From: Ignavibacteriota bacterium
Lineage (GTDB): Bacteria > Bacteroidota > Ignavibacteria > UBA10030
Length of the DNA: 64,000 bases
Assembly: GCA_963727825.1 (NCBI GenBank)
Contig: CAVSHO010000001.1
Span: 256,001 to 320,000 of the forward strand
Direction of reading: 5' to 3'
The notes below the pieces were generated by a model. That model was not told where the DNA came from, made no database searches, and saw nothing but the letters and a program-made list of their open reading frames with translations. Every line of letters begins with the position of its first letter. The stretch's first letter is position 1. This document shows positions 32,682-42,673 of the stretch, in pieces. Made by a program: the position numbers and the translations under genes.

Positions 32682-35630
32682 CTATTTCATTGGCCAATTG
32701 CCATCGATCTTTCTTGTTACTGCTGGGAGAAATCCTGATTCGTGTTCAATGAAGGAAAAATCTGCATTCAATAACTCAGTGAAATTATACTTTCGGCGCA
32801 ATGCTTTTTCTAATGCAGAAAATGTCTTTTGTATGTCACGCTGGATAGAATATAGTTCTGCACTTCGGTATAAAATCGAAGGCGAATTGTTATTAATTTG
32901 CATTGCCTTGTTCATTGCTGTTTCGCCATCAGAAAAATTTCCAAGTCGTGAATGGAACAGACCGACATATGAAAGAGCTTCAGCATTTCCAGGATTGATT
33001 TCAATTGTTTGTTCCGCTATTGCCAATCCATCTGCCAACCACTTTTGTGCGATGCTGATTTGGAGTGAGAGCTGGTAGGCGCGTCCAATCCAATAATAAT
33101 ATCGATAATCTTTGGGAGATGTGAGAAGCTTTTGCCGGAAATATTCAATTACACTGTCGTATTTTCCTTCATTAAGCCAAATATTTTGAATAAAATTAAT
33201 TGTTAGCGCTTCCTCATCTTCTCCAAATAATTGTGCCTGCTTATAGGACATTTCTGCGGCGGGGTATTCCTGTTTCATCTGTTGAATTATTGCGATAGTT
33301 AAATGTGATTTTGCATTTAACGGATCGTATAAAATGGCGTTGGAGGCATACATAGAAGCATCGTCAAGCTTGCCGGCGATGATAGAAAGAAAAGCAAGTT
33401 CCCGGTAACATTCCGGATCTTGTGGAAATAAAGCCACACTCTGAGCCACAGAAGAAAGAGCCTGACTATAATTCTGTTTAATACGAGCGTAGATTGCCAG
33501 AACCTTGTAGGCAAGAGCATTGTTGGGGGAATATCGCAGCGCGCGCTGTGCGTAGTCAAAGGCAGATTCTATAAACTGTGAATCGTCCGTTGCAGAGAAC
33601 ATACGTAACTTAATATCAGCAAGCATTGCATAAGCCAGACCGAAGGATGGATCAATTTGTACCGCTGTGAGCAATAGAGCTTTTGCAGAATCTAATTCTG
33701 TGCTGGAGTTTAGTTGTAGCAGATGAAAGGCTTTTAGATATTTTTCAAACGCAGTGATATTGGAAATCTGTGCAATCTCTGGCAGTTTGCATTTTATCTC
33801 CATTTTATCGATAACTTTTTGAAGGATATTTGCACGCATTTCACTCAGCGCAGATATCTGTCCTTCCACCGATCCAATAAAGATAACCTTCTGTTGATCT
33901 GGGTTGAACATGCGTATAAATATAGTATAGCCTCCACGATATTCTTGAACAGTCAACATCACTAGATAGCTTGTGGGAAGCAAGGAAGTGATCTTTTGGA
34001 TGTGTGCTTGATCAGGTACATATAAAAGTGAAGAAGATGGAGCAATAACAGTCAAGTGCTCGCATCGTGAGAAATCTTCCGCCAGCAAAGCTGGAAGTGC
34101 ATCAAATACGTCAATATTACTCGTATCGTGTGGAGCATTCATTAATTGCAAGATGGCAATCGATGCTTTCTTGGGGAAAATGATGTCTAATAGTTTTGGA
34201 ACACCAAGCAACGCTATTCCTATCGTTATAATCGCGGCTATGGTGAAGTACAATCTTTTGTGCCGAGATTTATGATCGATTTGTTGGCGATGATGTGCTT
34301 GCTGCCGTCTTTGTTCTTCTACTTTTTGTTGAAGCCTAGCAAGTTCATGAGCGCGTTGCTCTTCGTGTGCCTGCTTCGCTTGAATACGCAACAACTCCGC
34401 CTTTGCCTGTTCAGTTTGATGAATACTTTCTTCCAATCGTCGTGCTGCAGCATGGTTTGGGTCAATAACAAAGAGTTCGTGCAATGTAAAAGTCGCTTCT
34501 GTGAATTTTTCTTCCTGAAGAAGTGCCCGTGCCTGTTCAAGCAGTTCTTCAATATGCCGCTCTTCATCTGATACTTGCTTAGAAGCGTTTTCTAATCGCG
34601 TGGTTCTCTTCTTTTCCTCAAGTCGGTAACGTTCTTCCTCAATTTGCGCAATAAGTTGTTGGGCACCGACATGCAATGGACGGAGGCGGAAGATTTCATT
34701 TACTTCACTTTCAGCCGCGTCTAACTGGCCTTCCGCAAAATACTCATTAGCTTTTTGAAGATACTCTTGTAATATTTTCTCTTGTTCTTCTTCTGCCTTC
34801 TTGCGTTCAGTGTTAATTCGCTGCTGAGGGTCGAGTTGATAGATTTTATTTAATTCTGCCTCGGCTTCGTTTGTTTTGCCTTCTTCATAGTATTTCTCGG
34901 CATTCGCATAATGTTCCGCAATTTCTTTTCTTTGCTCTTCCTCTCTCTTTTCAAATCCTTGTTTGGCCCGTTGTTTTGCCTCTTCAACATGCCTGGCTTC
35001 AAGTGCTTCTTCAGTTTCCACTTTCTGCGCTAACTCTTCTTGATTATGTGCCAGTGTCTCCAACGCCTTGGCAGATGGTGTTGCAAATTCAGCAATGTTA
35101 TCGATTAAGATTTCATACACTTCTACTTGTTCAGGTATATTCTTCAATTGCTGAAGACCGAGTGGAAAAACCCGTAGCTGTATCTTATTGCGTATCTGTT
35201 GGTACACATCTTGTGAAATCCAAATTCGGTTCGTTCCAGCCATAGCTTCAATACGGGAAGCGATGTTCACGCCATCTCCAATAATATCCTCGTCACGGAT
35301 GATCACATCACCTAGATGAATACCTACGCGAATTTCGATTTTATCTATTTCCGACTTGTTCTTGTTGAAATGCAAAAATCGCTTTTGTACTTCAATAGCG
35401 CATCTTACCGCATTGACAGCGCTTGCGAAATCAATCATAAACGAATCGCCGATGGATTTTATGACGCGTCCATCAAATTTTGCGGCAAGCACACGTAAAA
35501 GAGCATCATGTGTTTTCAATAACTCAAAAGCGGTAGTTTCACTCTTAGCCATCTTTTTTGAAAAACCTTTGATGTCTGTAAACATAATCGCAGTGAGTTT
35601 GCGGGTTTCAATATCGGTTGGGAACATCAT
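32682..35630 (-). CDS. Class III adenylate cyclase with TPR-like repeats, TM helix and TolB-N/TPR extracytoplasmic region
   Basis: MFTDIKGF, IKSIGDSF, RVGIHLG and DIIGDGVNIASRIE; a single TM mid-protein; C-terminal TPRs. Confidence 0.88.
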   Translation of the reverse strand: MMFPTDIETRKLTAIMFTDIKGFSKKMAKSETTAFELLKTHDALLRVLAAKFDGRVIKSIGDSFMIDFASAVNAVRCAIEVQKRFLHFNKNKSEIDKIEIRVGIHLGDVIIRDEDIIGDGVNIASRIEAMAGTNRIWISQDVYQQIRNKIQLRVFPLGLQQLKNIPEQVEVYEILIDNIAEFATPSAKALETLAHNQEELAQKVETEEALEARHVEEAKQRAKQGFEKREEEQRKEIAEHYANAEKYYEEGKTNEAEAELNKIYQLDPQQRINTERKKAEEEQEKILQEYLQKANEYFAEGQLDAAESEVNEIFRLRPLHVGAQQLIAQIEEERYRLEEKKRTTRLENASKQVSDEERHIEELLEQARALLQEEKFTEATFTLHELFVIDPNHAAARRLEESIHQTEQAKAELLRIQAKQAHEEQRAHELARLQQKVEEQRRQQAHHRQQIDHKSRHKRLYFTIAAIITIGIALLGVPKLLDIIFPKKASIAILQLMNAPHDTSNIDVFDALPALLAEDFSRCEHLTVIAPSSSLLYVPDQAHIQKITSLLPTSYLVMLTVQEYRGGYTIFIRMFNPDQQKVIFIGSVEGQISALSEMRANILQKVIDKMEIKCKLPEIAQISNITAFEKYLKAFHLLQLNSSTELDSAKALLLTAVQIDPSFGLAYAMLADIKLRMFSATDDSQFIESAFDYAQRALRYSPNNALAYKVLAIYARIKQNYSQALSSVAQSVALFPQDPECYRELAFLSIIAGKLDDASMYASNAILYDPLNAKSHLTIAIIQQMKQEYPAAEMSYKQAQLFGEDEEALTINFIQNIWLNEGKYDSVIEYFRQKLLTSPKDYRYYYWIGRAYQLSLQISIAQKWLADGLAIAEQTIEINPGNAEALSYVGLFHSRLGNFSDGETAMNKAMQINNNSPSILYRSAELYSIQRDIQKTFSALEKALRRKYNFTELLNADFSFIEHESGFLPAVTRKIDGNWPMK

Positions 35631-35684
35631 TATAATATACGCTCTATCGAAAAATCGTAAGTCATCGGATAACTCATCTATCTA

Positions 35685-35713
35685 AAGATAGGTGTGGAGA
35701 GATTGAATGTCAA
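35685..35713 (-). promoter_or_regulatory. Sigma70-type promoter for the cyclase gene
   Basis: Minus strand TTGACA-17 nt-TATCTT. Confidence 0.7.
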
Positions 35714-35773
35714 CACTTTCTCCAAAAAAGGTCAGGGGTTCTTGTCGGAAAATGAGAAAAACTGTATCGTGGA

Positions 35774-37925
35774 TCACACTTCTTTCTTAAAATTGAAATT
35801 AGTTGTTTTATTAATGTAATATTTCTTCACATATTCCTCCAGCATCCTATCCGAACTAAACTGTGACAACAATGTCTGCATTGCGTTGCGGATACGTTTT
35901 AACCACATATGCGGAATGCCTCGATCGTCACGATTATAAAATTCTGGAATGACCGATTTGGAAAGGACTTCTTCCAAGTTTTCAAAATCATGTTCATCTT
36001 GCATCTCCCAATCGACTTCATCCTCATCGTTGCCTATAGTCCAACCATTTTTACCGTTGTAACCTTCACGCCACCAACCATCCATAATACTCAGATTTAA
36101 TCCTCCGTGGATCGTAATTTTCATGCCGCTTGTTCCGCTGGCTTCGAGCGGACGGCGCGGAGTATTTAGCCATACATCGGCGCCGGAAATGAGATGACGA
36201 GCTACATTAATATCATAATTTTCAAGAAACACTACCTTTCCATTTAACTCTGGTTGACGCGATATTTCTATGATGCGCTGAATGAATCGTTTGCCTTCGT
36301 TATCATGTGGATGCGCCTTGCCAGCGAAGATGATTTGAACCGGATGTTGTGTATCTGTTAATAAAGGAACTATTTTTTCTAAATGCCGGAATATCAATGG
36401 CGCGCGTTTGTAGGTTGCGAATCGGCGAGCAAATCCAATCGTCAATGCATCGGGAGATAAGATGTGGCTTGTCGCAAGAGATGTACCGCCCATACGAATA
36501 TATTTTTGCCGGCGGGCGTAATCCACTAAATCACGTCGTAATGAATAACGCAATGCCCAGAGTTCTTCGTCGGTGGCAAGTTCGTTGTCCGCTATCTTCT
36601 TCCAAAATTTTTGTTCCATTAACTTAGCTGTCCAATCAAAACCAAGTCGTTTGTTCCAAAAATCGTGCGCATGTGCTGTTGCCCATCCCGGTGTGTGGAC
36701 ACCGTTTGTTACATATCCTATAGGAATGTCGTCTACCGATCTTCCAGGAAATAATTCTTTCCACATTTCTCTGCTCACATGTCCGTGTAATTCGCTGACG
36801 CCATTTGCTGCGCGAGACATCTTTATTGCAAGCACTGTCATCGTAAATGGTTCATTCCTCTCAGCAGGATGAACACGACCGTAAGACATTAAAATTTCGT
36901 GCGACAATCCTGTGGGATTCCAGAACTTGCCAAGCGCGTATGTCATTAACTCGGAATTGAACCGGTCGTGCCCTGCCTGCACAGGTGTATGAGTTGTGAA
37001 GACGCACTTTGAGCGAACTGCTCGTTCAGCTTCTTCCTGTAATTTTCCGGATTCTAATTCCTGCTTAAGTAATTCCAATACTAGAAACGCGGAATGTCCT
37101 TCATTCATATGAAAAACAGATGGCGTTATTCCAAGCGATTGCAGAAGCCGCACACCTCCGATGCCAAGGACAATTTCTTGCCCGATGCGTGTGTCTATGT
37201 TGCCACCGTACACCGTGGCTGTTAGTTCCTGAAAATGCTGGTCATTCTCTGGAAGATTTGTATCGAGCAAATAAAGAATTACTCGCCCGATATGGACAGC
37301 CCATGTTTGGAAGTACACAGTACCTGTGTCCTATTTCAACAGAGTTCAGTAAGCGGCCGCCTTCGGGTTGAAGTACGAGTTCCATCGGAAGGTTATCTGT
37401 ATTATTTGTCGGATATGACTCTTCCTGCCATCCATCGGCATTTATTCGTTGTTGGAAATATCCTTTACGATAGAATAGTCCGATTCCGACGAAAGGCATA
37501 CCAAGGTCGCTTGCAGATTTTGTCTGATCACCGGAAAGAATCCCAAGACCGCCAGAATAAATCGGTAGTGATTCATGTATACCGAATTCGGCGCTAAAAT
37601 ATGCTATTGGATCTTTCAAAGTTGATGCATAGCGTTTCGACCAAGTTGCAGGTTCCGCCATATACAAATCGAATTCTTCAAGTACATTGTGTACACGCCG
37701 GGAGAATTCATGGTCTCGTAGCCGGGCTTCTAATTCCAATTCGGAAATATCTTGCATTACCTCAACCGCGTTGTGATTGGAATAGCGCCATATAAGCGGT
37801 GAAAGTTCGTTGAAAAGATCTTGAGCTTCCGGATTCCAAGTCCACCACATATTTCTAGAAAGAGTTCGTAGGCGTTTTGCAAGGGAAAAGTGAGAGTGAT
37901 TTTTCAACTTGAAGATTGTCGACAT
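35774..37925 (-). CDS. glgP: Alpha-glucan phosphorylase, interrupted by a single-base frameshift (~37323)
   Basis: N-part AYFSAEFG...YSGGLGILSGD; C-part HMNEGH, FARRFATYKR, EASGTSGMK; removing one G restores VEIGHSTVYFQTW. Confidence 0.9.
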
Positions 37926-38008
37926 TTTACCTCTGTTAATTGATTTAATATTATGCTATTAAAAATGTAAAATAATTGGTAATAAAACCATTTAGAGGTG
38001 AGTCTATG

Positions 38009-38043
38009 AAAAACGAAAAGCGCGAACCTCCAAGTCCGCGCTT
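38009..38043 (-). terminator. Rho-independent terminator of ackA
   Basis: Minus strand AAGCGCGGAC-TTGGAG-GTTCGCGCTT followed by TTCGTTTTT. Confidence 0.8.
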
Positions 38044-38071
38044 ATGTTAGAATTTAATTTCGGAGTTGTTC

Positions 38072-39319
38072 CTATATTTTTCGAGGCACATTAAGAACAC
38101 ATCGAACGGTATCGCGCGCGATCAGCAGTTCTTCGTTGGTCGGGATAACGAACACTTTTACACGGCTTTTCTTCGTGCCGATTTCTCCTTCTTTGCCCAT
38201 AACCATTTCAATATTTAGTTGTTTGTCGATTTCGATGCCGAGCCATTCGAGATTTGTGCAAATGTGTTGCCTGATCACTGCGGAATTTTCACCAATACCT
38301 CCTGTGAAAATGACGGCATCAGCGCCATTCAATTCTGCTAGATAAGAACCGAGATACTTCTTGGCACGTTGCACAAAAATGTTGATAGCGAGCGTAGCGC
38401 GGCGATCCTGATGATTCTCCACCTCATCCATCAAATCCCGCATATCGTTTGTTAATCCGGAAAGGCCGAGTAATCCAGATTGTTTGTTAAGTAGAGTGCC
38501 GATTTCGCTCATCGACATACCTTCTTTGTGCGATAAAAACTCAAGAACTGCTGGATCGATATCACCGCTACGCGTTCCCATTACCAATCCTTCCAATGGA
38601 GAAAATCCCATCGACGTATCGAAAGATGCTCCATTCTTGATGGCACAAGCTGAACATCCATTGCCGAGATGCATAGTGATTACGTTGGTCTCTTCACGTG
38701 TCTTACCAGTTAACTGTCGATATCGGAACGCTACATAACGGTGCGAAGTTCCATGAAATCCGTATCGCCGTATTTTATGTCTTTGATAAAGTTGGTACGG
38801 AATAGCGTACAGGAAGGATGACTCCGGCATTGTAGAATGGAATGATGTGTCGAATACTGCAGCTGCTGGAACGCCGGGTCCGAAAAGTTCGCGCGCGGCA
38901 TTAATGCCTTTTAAGTTTGCCGGATTATGCAATGGAGCAAGGTCAATGCAGTCTTCAATTCCACGAATTACTGAGTCGTTAATGATGATAGATTTTGTGA
39001 ATAACTCAGCACCGTGCACCACACGATGACCAACAGCATGAATATCCGAGAGTGATTCAATGCCAGGAATTTGTGCATCAGTGGAGATAATCCATTTAAC
39101 AATATAGTCAAGTGCTGCTTTATGATCGCGTAACGGAGCTACATGTTTTATTGGAGCTTTACCTGCAGCTTGAAATGTAACTAGTGCTTGATTGCTGATC
39201 CGTTCAATGACACCTTTCGCAAGTTGTTTATCTGCATCTTTCTCAATCATCTCAAGATCGGTTTGAATGATTTGGAATTTTAGAGAAGAACTGCCGCAAT
39301 TTAAAACGAGAATATTCAT
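38072..39319 (-). CDS. ackA: Acetate kinase
   Basis: LNCGSSSLK, GHRVVHG, APLHNP, YGFHGTSH, FTGGIGEN and PTNEE. Confidence 0.97.
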   Translation of the reverse strand: MNILVLNCGSSSLKFQIIQTDLEMIEKDADKQLAKGVIERISNQALVTFQAAGKAPIKHVAPLRDHKAALDYIVKWIISTDAQIPGIESLSDIHAVGHRVVHGAELFTKSIIINDSVIRGIEDCIDLAPLHNPANLKGINAARELFGPGVPAAAVFDTSFHSTMPESSFLYAIPYQLYQRHKIRRYGFHGTSHRYVAFRYRQLTGKTREETNVITMHLGNGCSACAIKNGASFDTSMGFSPLEGLVMGTRSGDIDPAVLEFLSHKEGMSMSEIGTLLNKQSGLLGLSGLTNDMRDLMDEVENHQDRRATLAINIFVQRAKKYLGSYLAELNGADAVIFTGGIGENSAVIRQHICTNLEWLGIEIDKQLNIEMVMGKEGEIGTKKSRVKVFVIPTNEELLIARDTVRCVLNVPRKI

Positions 39320-39521
39320 ATGTTCAATCTGAAAGTTTAGGTGATAAAAAAAGTAACGATTTCTATTCGGAAATTACATCACTAAGTTATTAAAAAAGAC
39401 GCTTCAAACTTACGGCTTTGTTGCTGAAAACTCAAGTTAGGTTTGTTTCATTTTACGGGTTTTTTCAGCTATCTTCATGACAGTAATTCCTGAATCCATT
39501 TATTAAAGAATTCATTACTTC

Positions 39522-40532
39522 TTGAAAAAATTCACACTCAAATCGCTTCCTGGTGATCATCTTCACCTTGTTCAACCGCAGCACCTGCGCATTAACTATC
39601 AACAGGAGTTGAATTCGGCACAGTATGCAGCGGCTACATCGGTCAATGGCCCGCATCTCATCATAGCCGGAGCGGGAACTGGAAAAACGCGCACAATTGT
39701 GTACCGCGTGGCGTATCTTGTGGAGTTAGGTGTAAAACCGGATTCTGTGCTGTTACTCACGTTTACACGAAAAGCCGCGCAAGAAATGTTGCGAAAGGCA
39801 TCGATATTATTGGACAGCCGATGCGATCAAATCTCTGGGGGAACATTTCACTCATTCGCTAATAACGTCTTGCGGAAGTACGTCAATCAAATAGGCTATG
39901 AAAGTAATTTCACTATTCTGGATCAGACTGATGCTGAAGATGTTGTTAATCTTATTCGGACAAGGCAAAAATTAGATACGAAAGAAAGACGCTTCCCGCG
40001 CAAGGAAACGCTTTATGATCTTTACAGCCGTTCACTTAATACGATGACACCGGTGAAAGAATTGCTGGCGATGGATTACCCGCAATACCTTGAAATCGAA
40101 ACCGACATCGTAGCGCTCCATGCTGCTTATGTGAAATACAAGCATGAACACAACCTGATGGATTACGATGATCTACTGCTTAATCTTGCAGTGCTTCTCC
40201 GTAAGAACGAAGCCGTACGCGCAGCGCTCTCAGATCGCTATAAATATATTATGGTGGATGAATACCAAGACACGAATAGACTGCAAGCAGAGATTGTGAA
40301 GCTGCTGGCATTTAAGCACCGAAACCTAATGGTTGTCGGTGATGATGCGCAGTGTATTTACTCCTTTCGCGGCTCTACGATTCAGAATATTCTTTCATTC
40401 GGAAAAGAATTCAAGGATTGTAAAATTATTAAATTAGAAGAAAATTTTCGAAGCACTCAGCCGATTCTAAATTTAGCGAATGAAATCTTATTGAAGGGTG
40501 GAGAAAGATTGGGTGAGACTAAGAAACGGTAG
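39522..40532 (+). CDS. UvrD/PcrA-like helicase, N-terminal half (motifs I-IV)
   Basis: AGAGTGKT, LTFTRKAA, GTFHS, VDEYQDTN, VGDDAQCIY and ENFRST; stops shortly after motif IV. Confidence 0.9.
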   Translation: MKKFTLKSLPGDHLHLVQPQHLRINYQQELNSAQYAAATSVNGPHLIIAGAGTGKTRTIVYRVAYLVELGVKPDSVLLLTFTRKAAQEMLRKASILLDSRCDQISGGTFHSFANNVLRKYVNQIGYESNFTILDQTDAEDVVNLIRTRQKLDTKERRFPRKETLYDLYSRSLNTMTPVKELLAMDYPQYLEIETDIVALHAAYVKYKHEHNLMDYDDLLLNLAVLLRKNEAVRAALSDRYKYIMVDEYQDTNRLQAEIVKLLAFKHRNLMVVGDDAQCIYSFRGSTIQNILSFGKEFKDCKIIKLEENFRSTQPILNLANEILLKGGERLGETKKR

Positions 40533-40541
40533 TGGAATGTT

Positions 40542-40611
40542 CAACTAACAATAAACAATGATCAGTTACCAATAACAAATTACTTTTTCCTTTTGATTTT
40601 GCACTTTTAGC
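40542..40611 (+). repeat. Ten in-register degenerate heptamers inside the helicase split
   Basis: CAACTAA CAATAAA CAATGAT CAGTTAC CAATAAC AAATTAC TTTTTCC TTTTGAT TTTGCAC TTTTAGC. Confidence 0.7.
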
Positions 40612-40619
40612 GTGAACCG

Positions 40620-41645
40620 ATGTACACAAAAGAACTTTTCACAAAAAAATCAGGCGGAAATTTACCGCAGCTTGTTTCTGCACAAACGGAAAACCAGCAA
40701 TCACGATACGTAGTGCAAAAGATTCTTGAATACCGTGAGGCGGGCATTCCACTGGAAGAAATGGCTGTCCTATTCCGCTCATCTTTTCATTCATTTGATC
40801 TGGAAATTGAACTGGCAAAAGCGAATATTCCATTTCTAAAATTTGGCGGATTTAAGTTTATTGAAACAGCACATGTGAAGGATGTTATTGCCTATTTGCG
40901 CGTGCTGGAAAATCCACGCGATGTTGTCTCGTGGAATCGAATCCTGTTGTTGATTGATGGTGTTGGCCCGCGCACAGCTGAAAAAGTTGTGGATGATATA
41001 CTAAAACGGCGCGTTGGTTTAGCGAAGGAATTTAAGGAAGCCGTCACGGCTACTACGAAGTTTTGGATGGACTACGGCAGCTATCCGGACAATGTCCGTA
41101 AGTTATTCAATATACTAAAAGATATTGCCGCGCCTAATATTCCACCGTCAGAGAAGACATTTCAGATTCTTCAATATTATGAACCAATTCTACGGGCAAG
41201 GTATGAAGATCATTTAAAAAGGAAAAAAGATCTCGATACATTTCAGAATATCACCGAGCGTTACAAATCGGTAGATGAACTGCTGACCGATCTCGCGCTT
41301 GAGCCGCCAAATGAAAGCATAGCCGACATCGAATCACCTGGTCCAGAAACAGAATACTTGACGCTTTCAACCATCCATAGCGCCAAAGGATTGGAGTGGA
41401 ATACCGTGTTTGTTATCTACGCGCTCGAAGGAAGATTCCCGACTATGCGTTCTGCTGCAAGCGATGAAGAAATGGAGGAGGAACGCCGCTTGATGTACGT
41501 TGCTTGCACGCGTGCAAAAGAACATCTTATCATCACGTATCCAATGAATATCTATGATCGTGAAAGCGGTTTGATACTGACAAAACCTTCGCGATTTATC
41601 GAGGGCATTGGTGAAAATTTGTTGGAGCCATGGGTGGTGGAATAG
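40620..41645 (+). CDS. UvrD/PcrA-like helicase, C-terminal half (motifs IVa-VI)
   Basis: AVLFRS, STIHSAKGLEW and EERRLMYVACTRAK; same frame as the N-half. Confidence 0.9.
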   Translation: MYTKELFTKKSGGNLPQLVSAQTENQQSRYVVQKILEYREAGIPLEEMAVLFRSSFHSFDLEIELAKANIPFLKFGGFKFIETAHVKDVIAYLRVLENPRDVVSWNRILLLIDGVGPRTAEKVVDDILKRRVGLAKEFKEAVTATTKFWMDYGSYPDNVRKLFNILKDIAAPNIPPSEKTFQILQYYEPILRARYEDHLKRKKDLDTFQNITERYKSVDELLTDLALEPPNESIADIESPGPETEYLTLSTIHSAKGLEWNTVFVIYALEGRFPTMRSAASDEEMEEERRLMYVACTRAKEHLIITYPMNIYDRESGLILTKPSRFIEGIGENLLEPWVVE

Positions 41646-41754
41646 ATGCAATGAATAGCGAAAAATGACAAGTGATTGCTAAAGAATTCTAAAATTCAAA
41701 TTTCTAAGTGACTGAAGATCAAAATAGCAGAACAGCTAATGATCGGTTAATAAA

Positions 41755-42651
41755 ATGTATTCCTATCGCGATTCTGTTAAATCTGATAAATCCGACGAAC
41801 TCATCAATACATATCTGCTTCGTCCAATTGCAGGCGTCATTGTCTGGGCACTCTACTATACTCCGATCACGCCAAACCAAGTTACCATTATCGCAATCTT
41901 ATCGGGTATTATAGCCGCACTTTTTTATTTAAAAGGAACAGCAAGCGCGTTCGTTATTGCTGGACTGCTTATTACATTAAAAGATATTCTTGATTCTGCC
42001 GATGGACAGCTTGCACGAGCTAAACAACAACAAAGTCGTACTGGAAGATTCTTAGATTCAATCGGTGATTTTGTAGTGGATGCTGCCGTCTTCGGTTCTA
42101 TCGGATGGACATTGTATAAATTAAACAATGAGTGGGTTATGTTATTTTTGGCTTTGTTCGGACTCATTGGAATTTCTCTGCGAGTGTCATATCACGTGTT
42201 TTATCAGGTACAATTTCTTCACTTACAGAAACAATACAAAAACAATCGTATCACAGAAGAAGTGAGAATTGAAGATCTCGCCACAGGTGGAATTGAATTG
42301 AAACTCCAGTACATTTTTCAAATCATCTACGGTTGGCAGGATAGATTGATAGCATGGATTAATTTATGGAATTTAAATAAACCCGTGCAAAATTCTCCAG
42401 AGTCTGAACAAAGAGGACTTTTAGAAAGTTATAAAGCTTGGTATTCGGATACACTTGCTCTTCGTATCTCCGGGTTACTTGGTTTCGGTACGGAGTTATT
42501 TCTGTTGACGCTATGTTCTATTTTCAATCATTTAGAATTATATCTTTATCTTAATATATTTCTTATGAATGGGATTCTGATAATTTGTATCTTGTACAGA
42601 AGATTTATTCTGTCCGCACGATGCTTTGCTGAGAAAAGATATCTGAATTGA
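41755..42651 (+). CDS. CDP-alcohol phosphatidyltransferase family protein
   Basis: TPNQVT and DSADGQLAR...GRFLDSIGD signature. Confidence 0.9.
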   Translation: MYSYRDSVKSDKSDELINTYLLRPIAGVIVWALYYTPITPNQVTIIAILSGIIAALFYLKGTASAFVIAGLLITLKDILDSADGQLARAKQQQSRTGRFLDSIGDFVVDAAVFGSIGWTLYKLNNEWVMLFLALFGLIGISLRVSYHVFYQVQFLHLQKQYKNNRITEEVRIEDLATGGIELKLQYIFQIIYGWQDRLIAWINLWNLNKPVQNSPESEQRGLLESYKAWYSDTLALRISGLLGFGTELFLLTLCSIFNHLELYLYLNIFLMNGILIICILYRRFILSARCFAEKRYLN

Positions 42652-42673
42652 CATTTGAACTGAGGAGAATAAC

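Noticed and set aside
32539-32697. N-terminal extension of NusB given in the ORF track
   Set aside because: It overlaps the cyclase stop, a repeat tract and a TTGCCT-17-TAAGTT promoter-like sequence; NusB homology begins at 32538.
40513-40610. Spliceosomal-intron look-alike in the helicase spacer (GTGAG...CTAAC...pyrimidine tract...TAG)
   Set aside because: It is 98 nt, and removal gives GCG TGA (frameshift and stop). No GT donor restores the frame, and the host is bacterial. The heptamer repeats explain the pattern.
40530-40610. Amber recoding, since both spacer stops are TAG
   Set aside because: TAG ends conserved genes normally in this window (OPT, ackA, phoU), and no pyl genes are seen.
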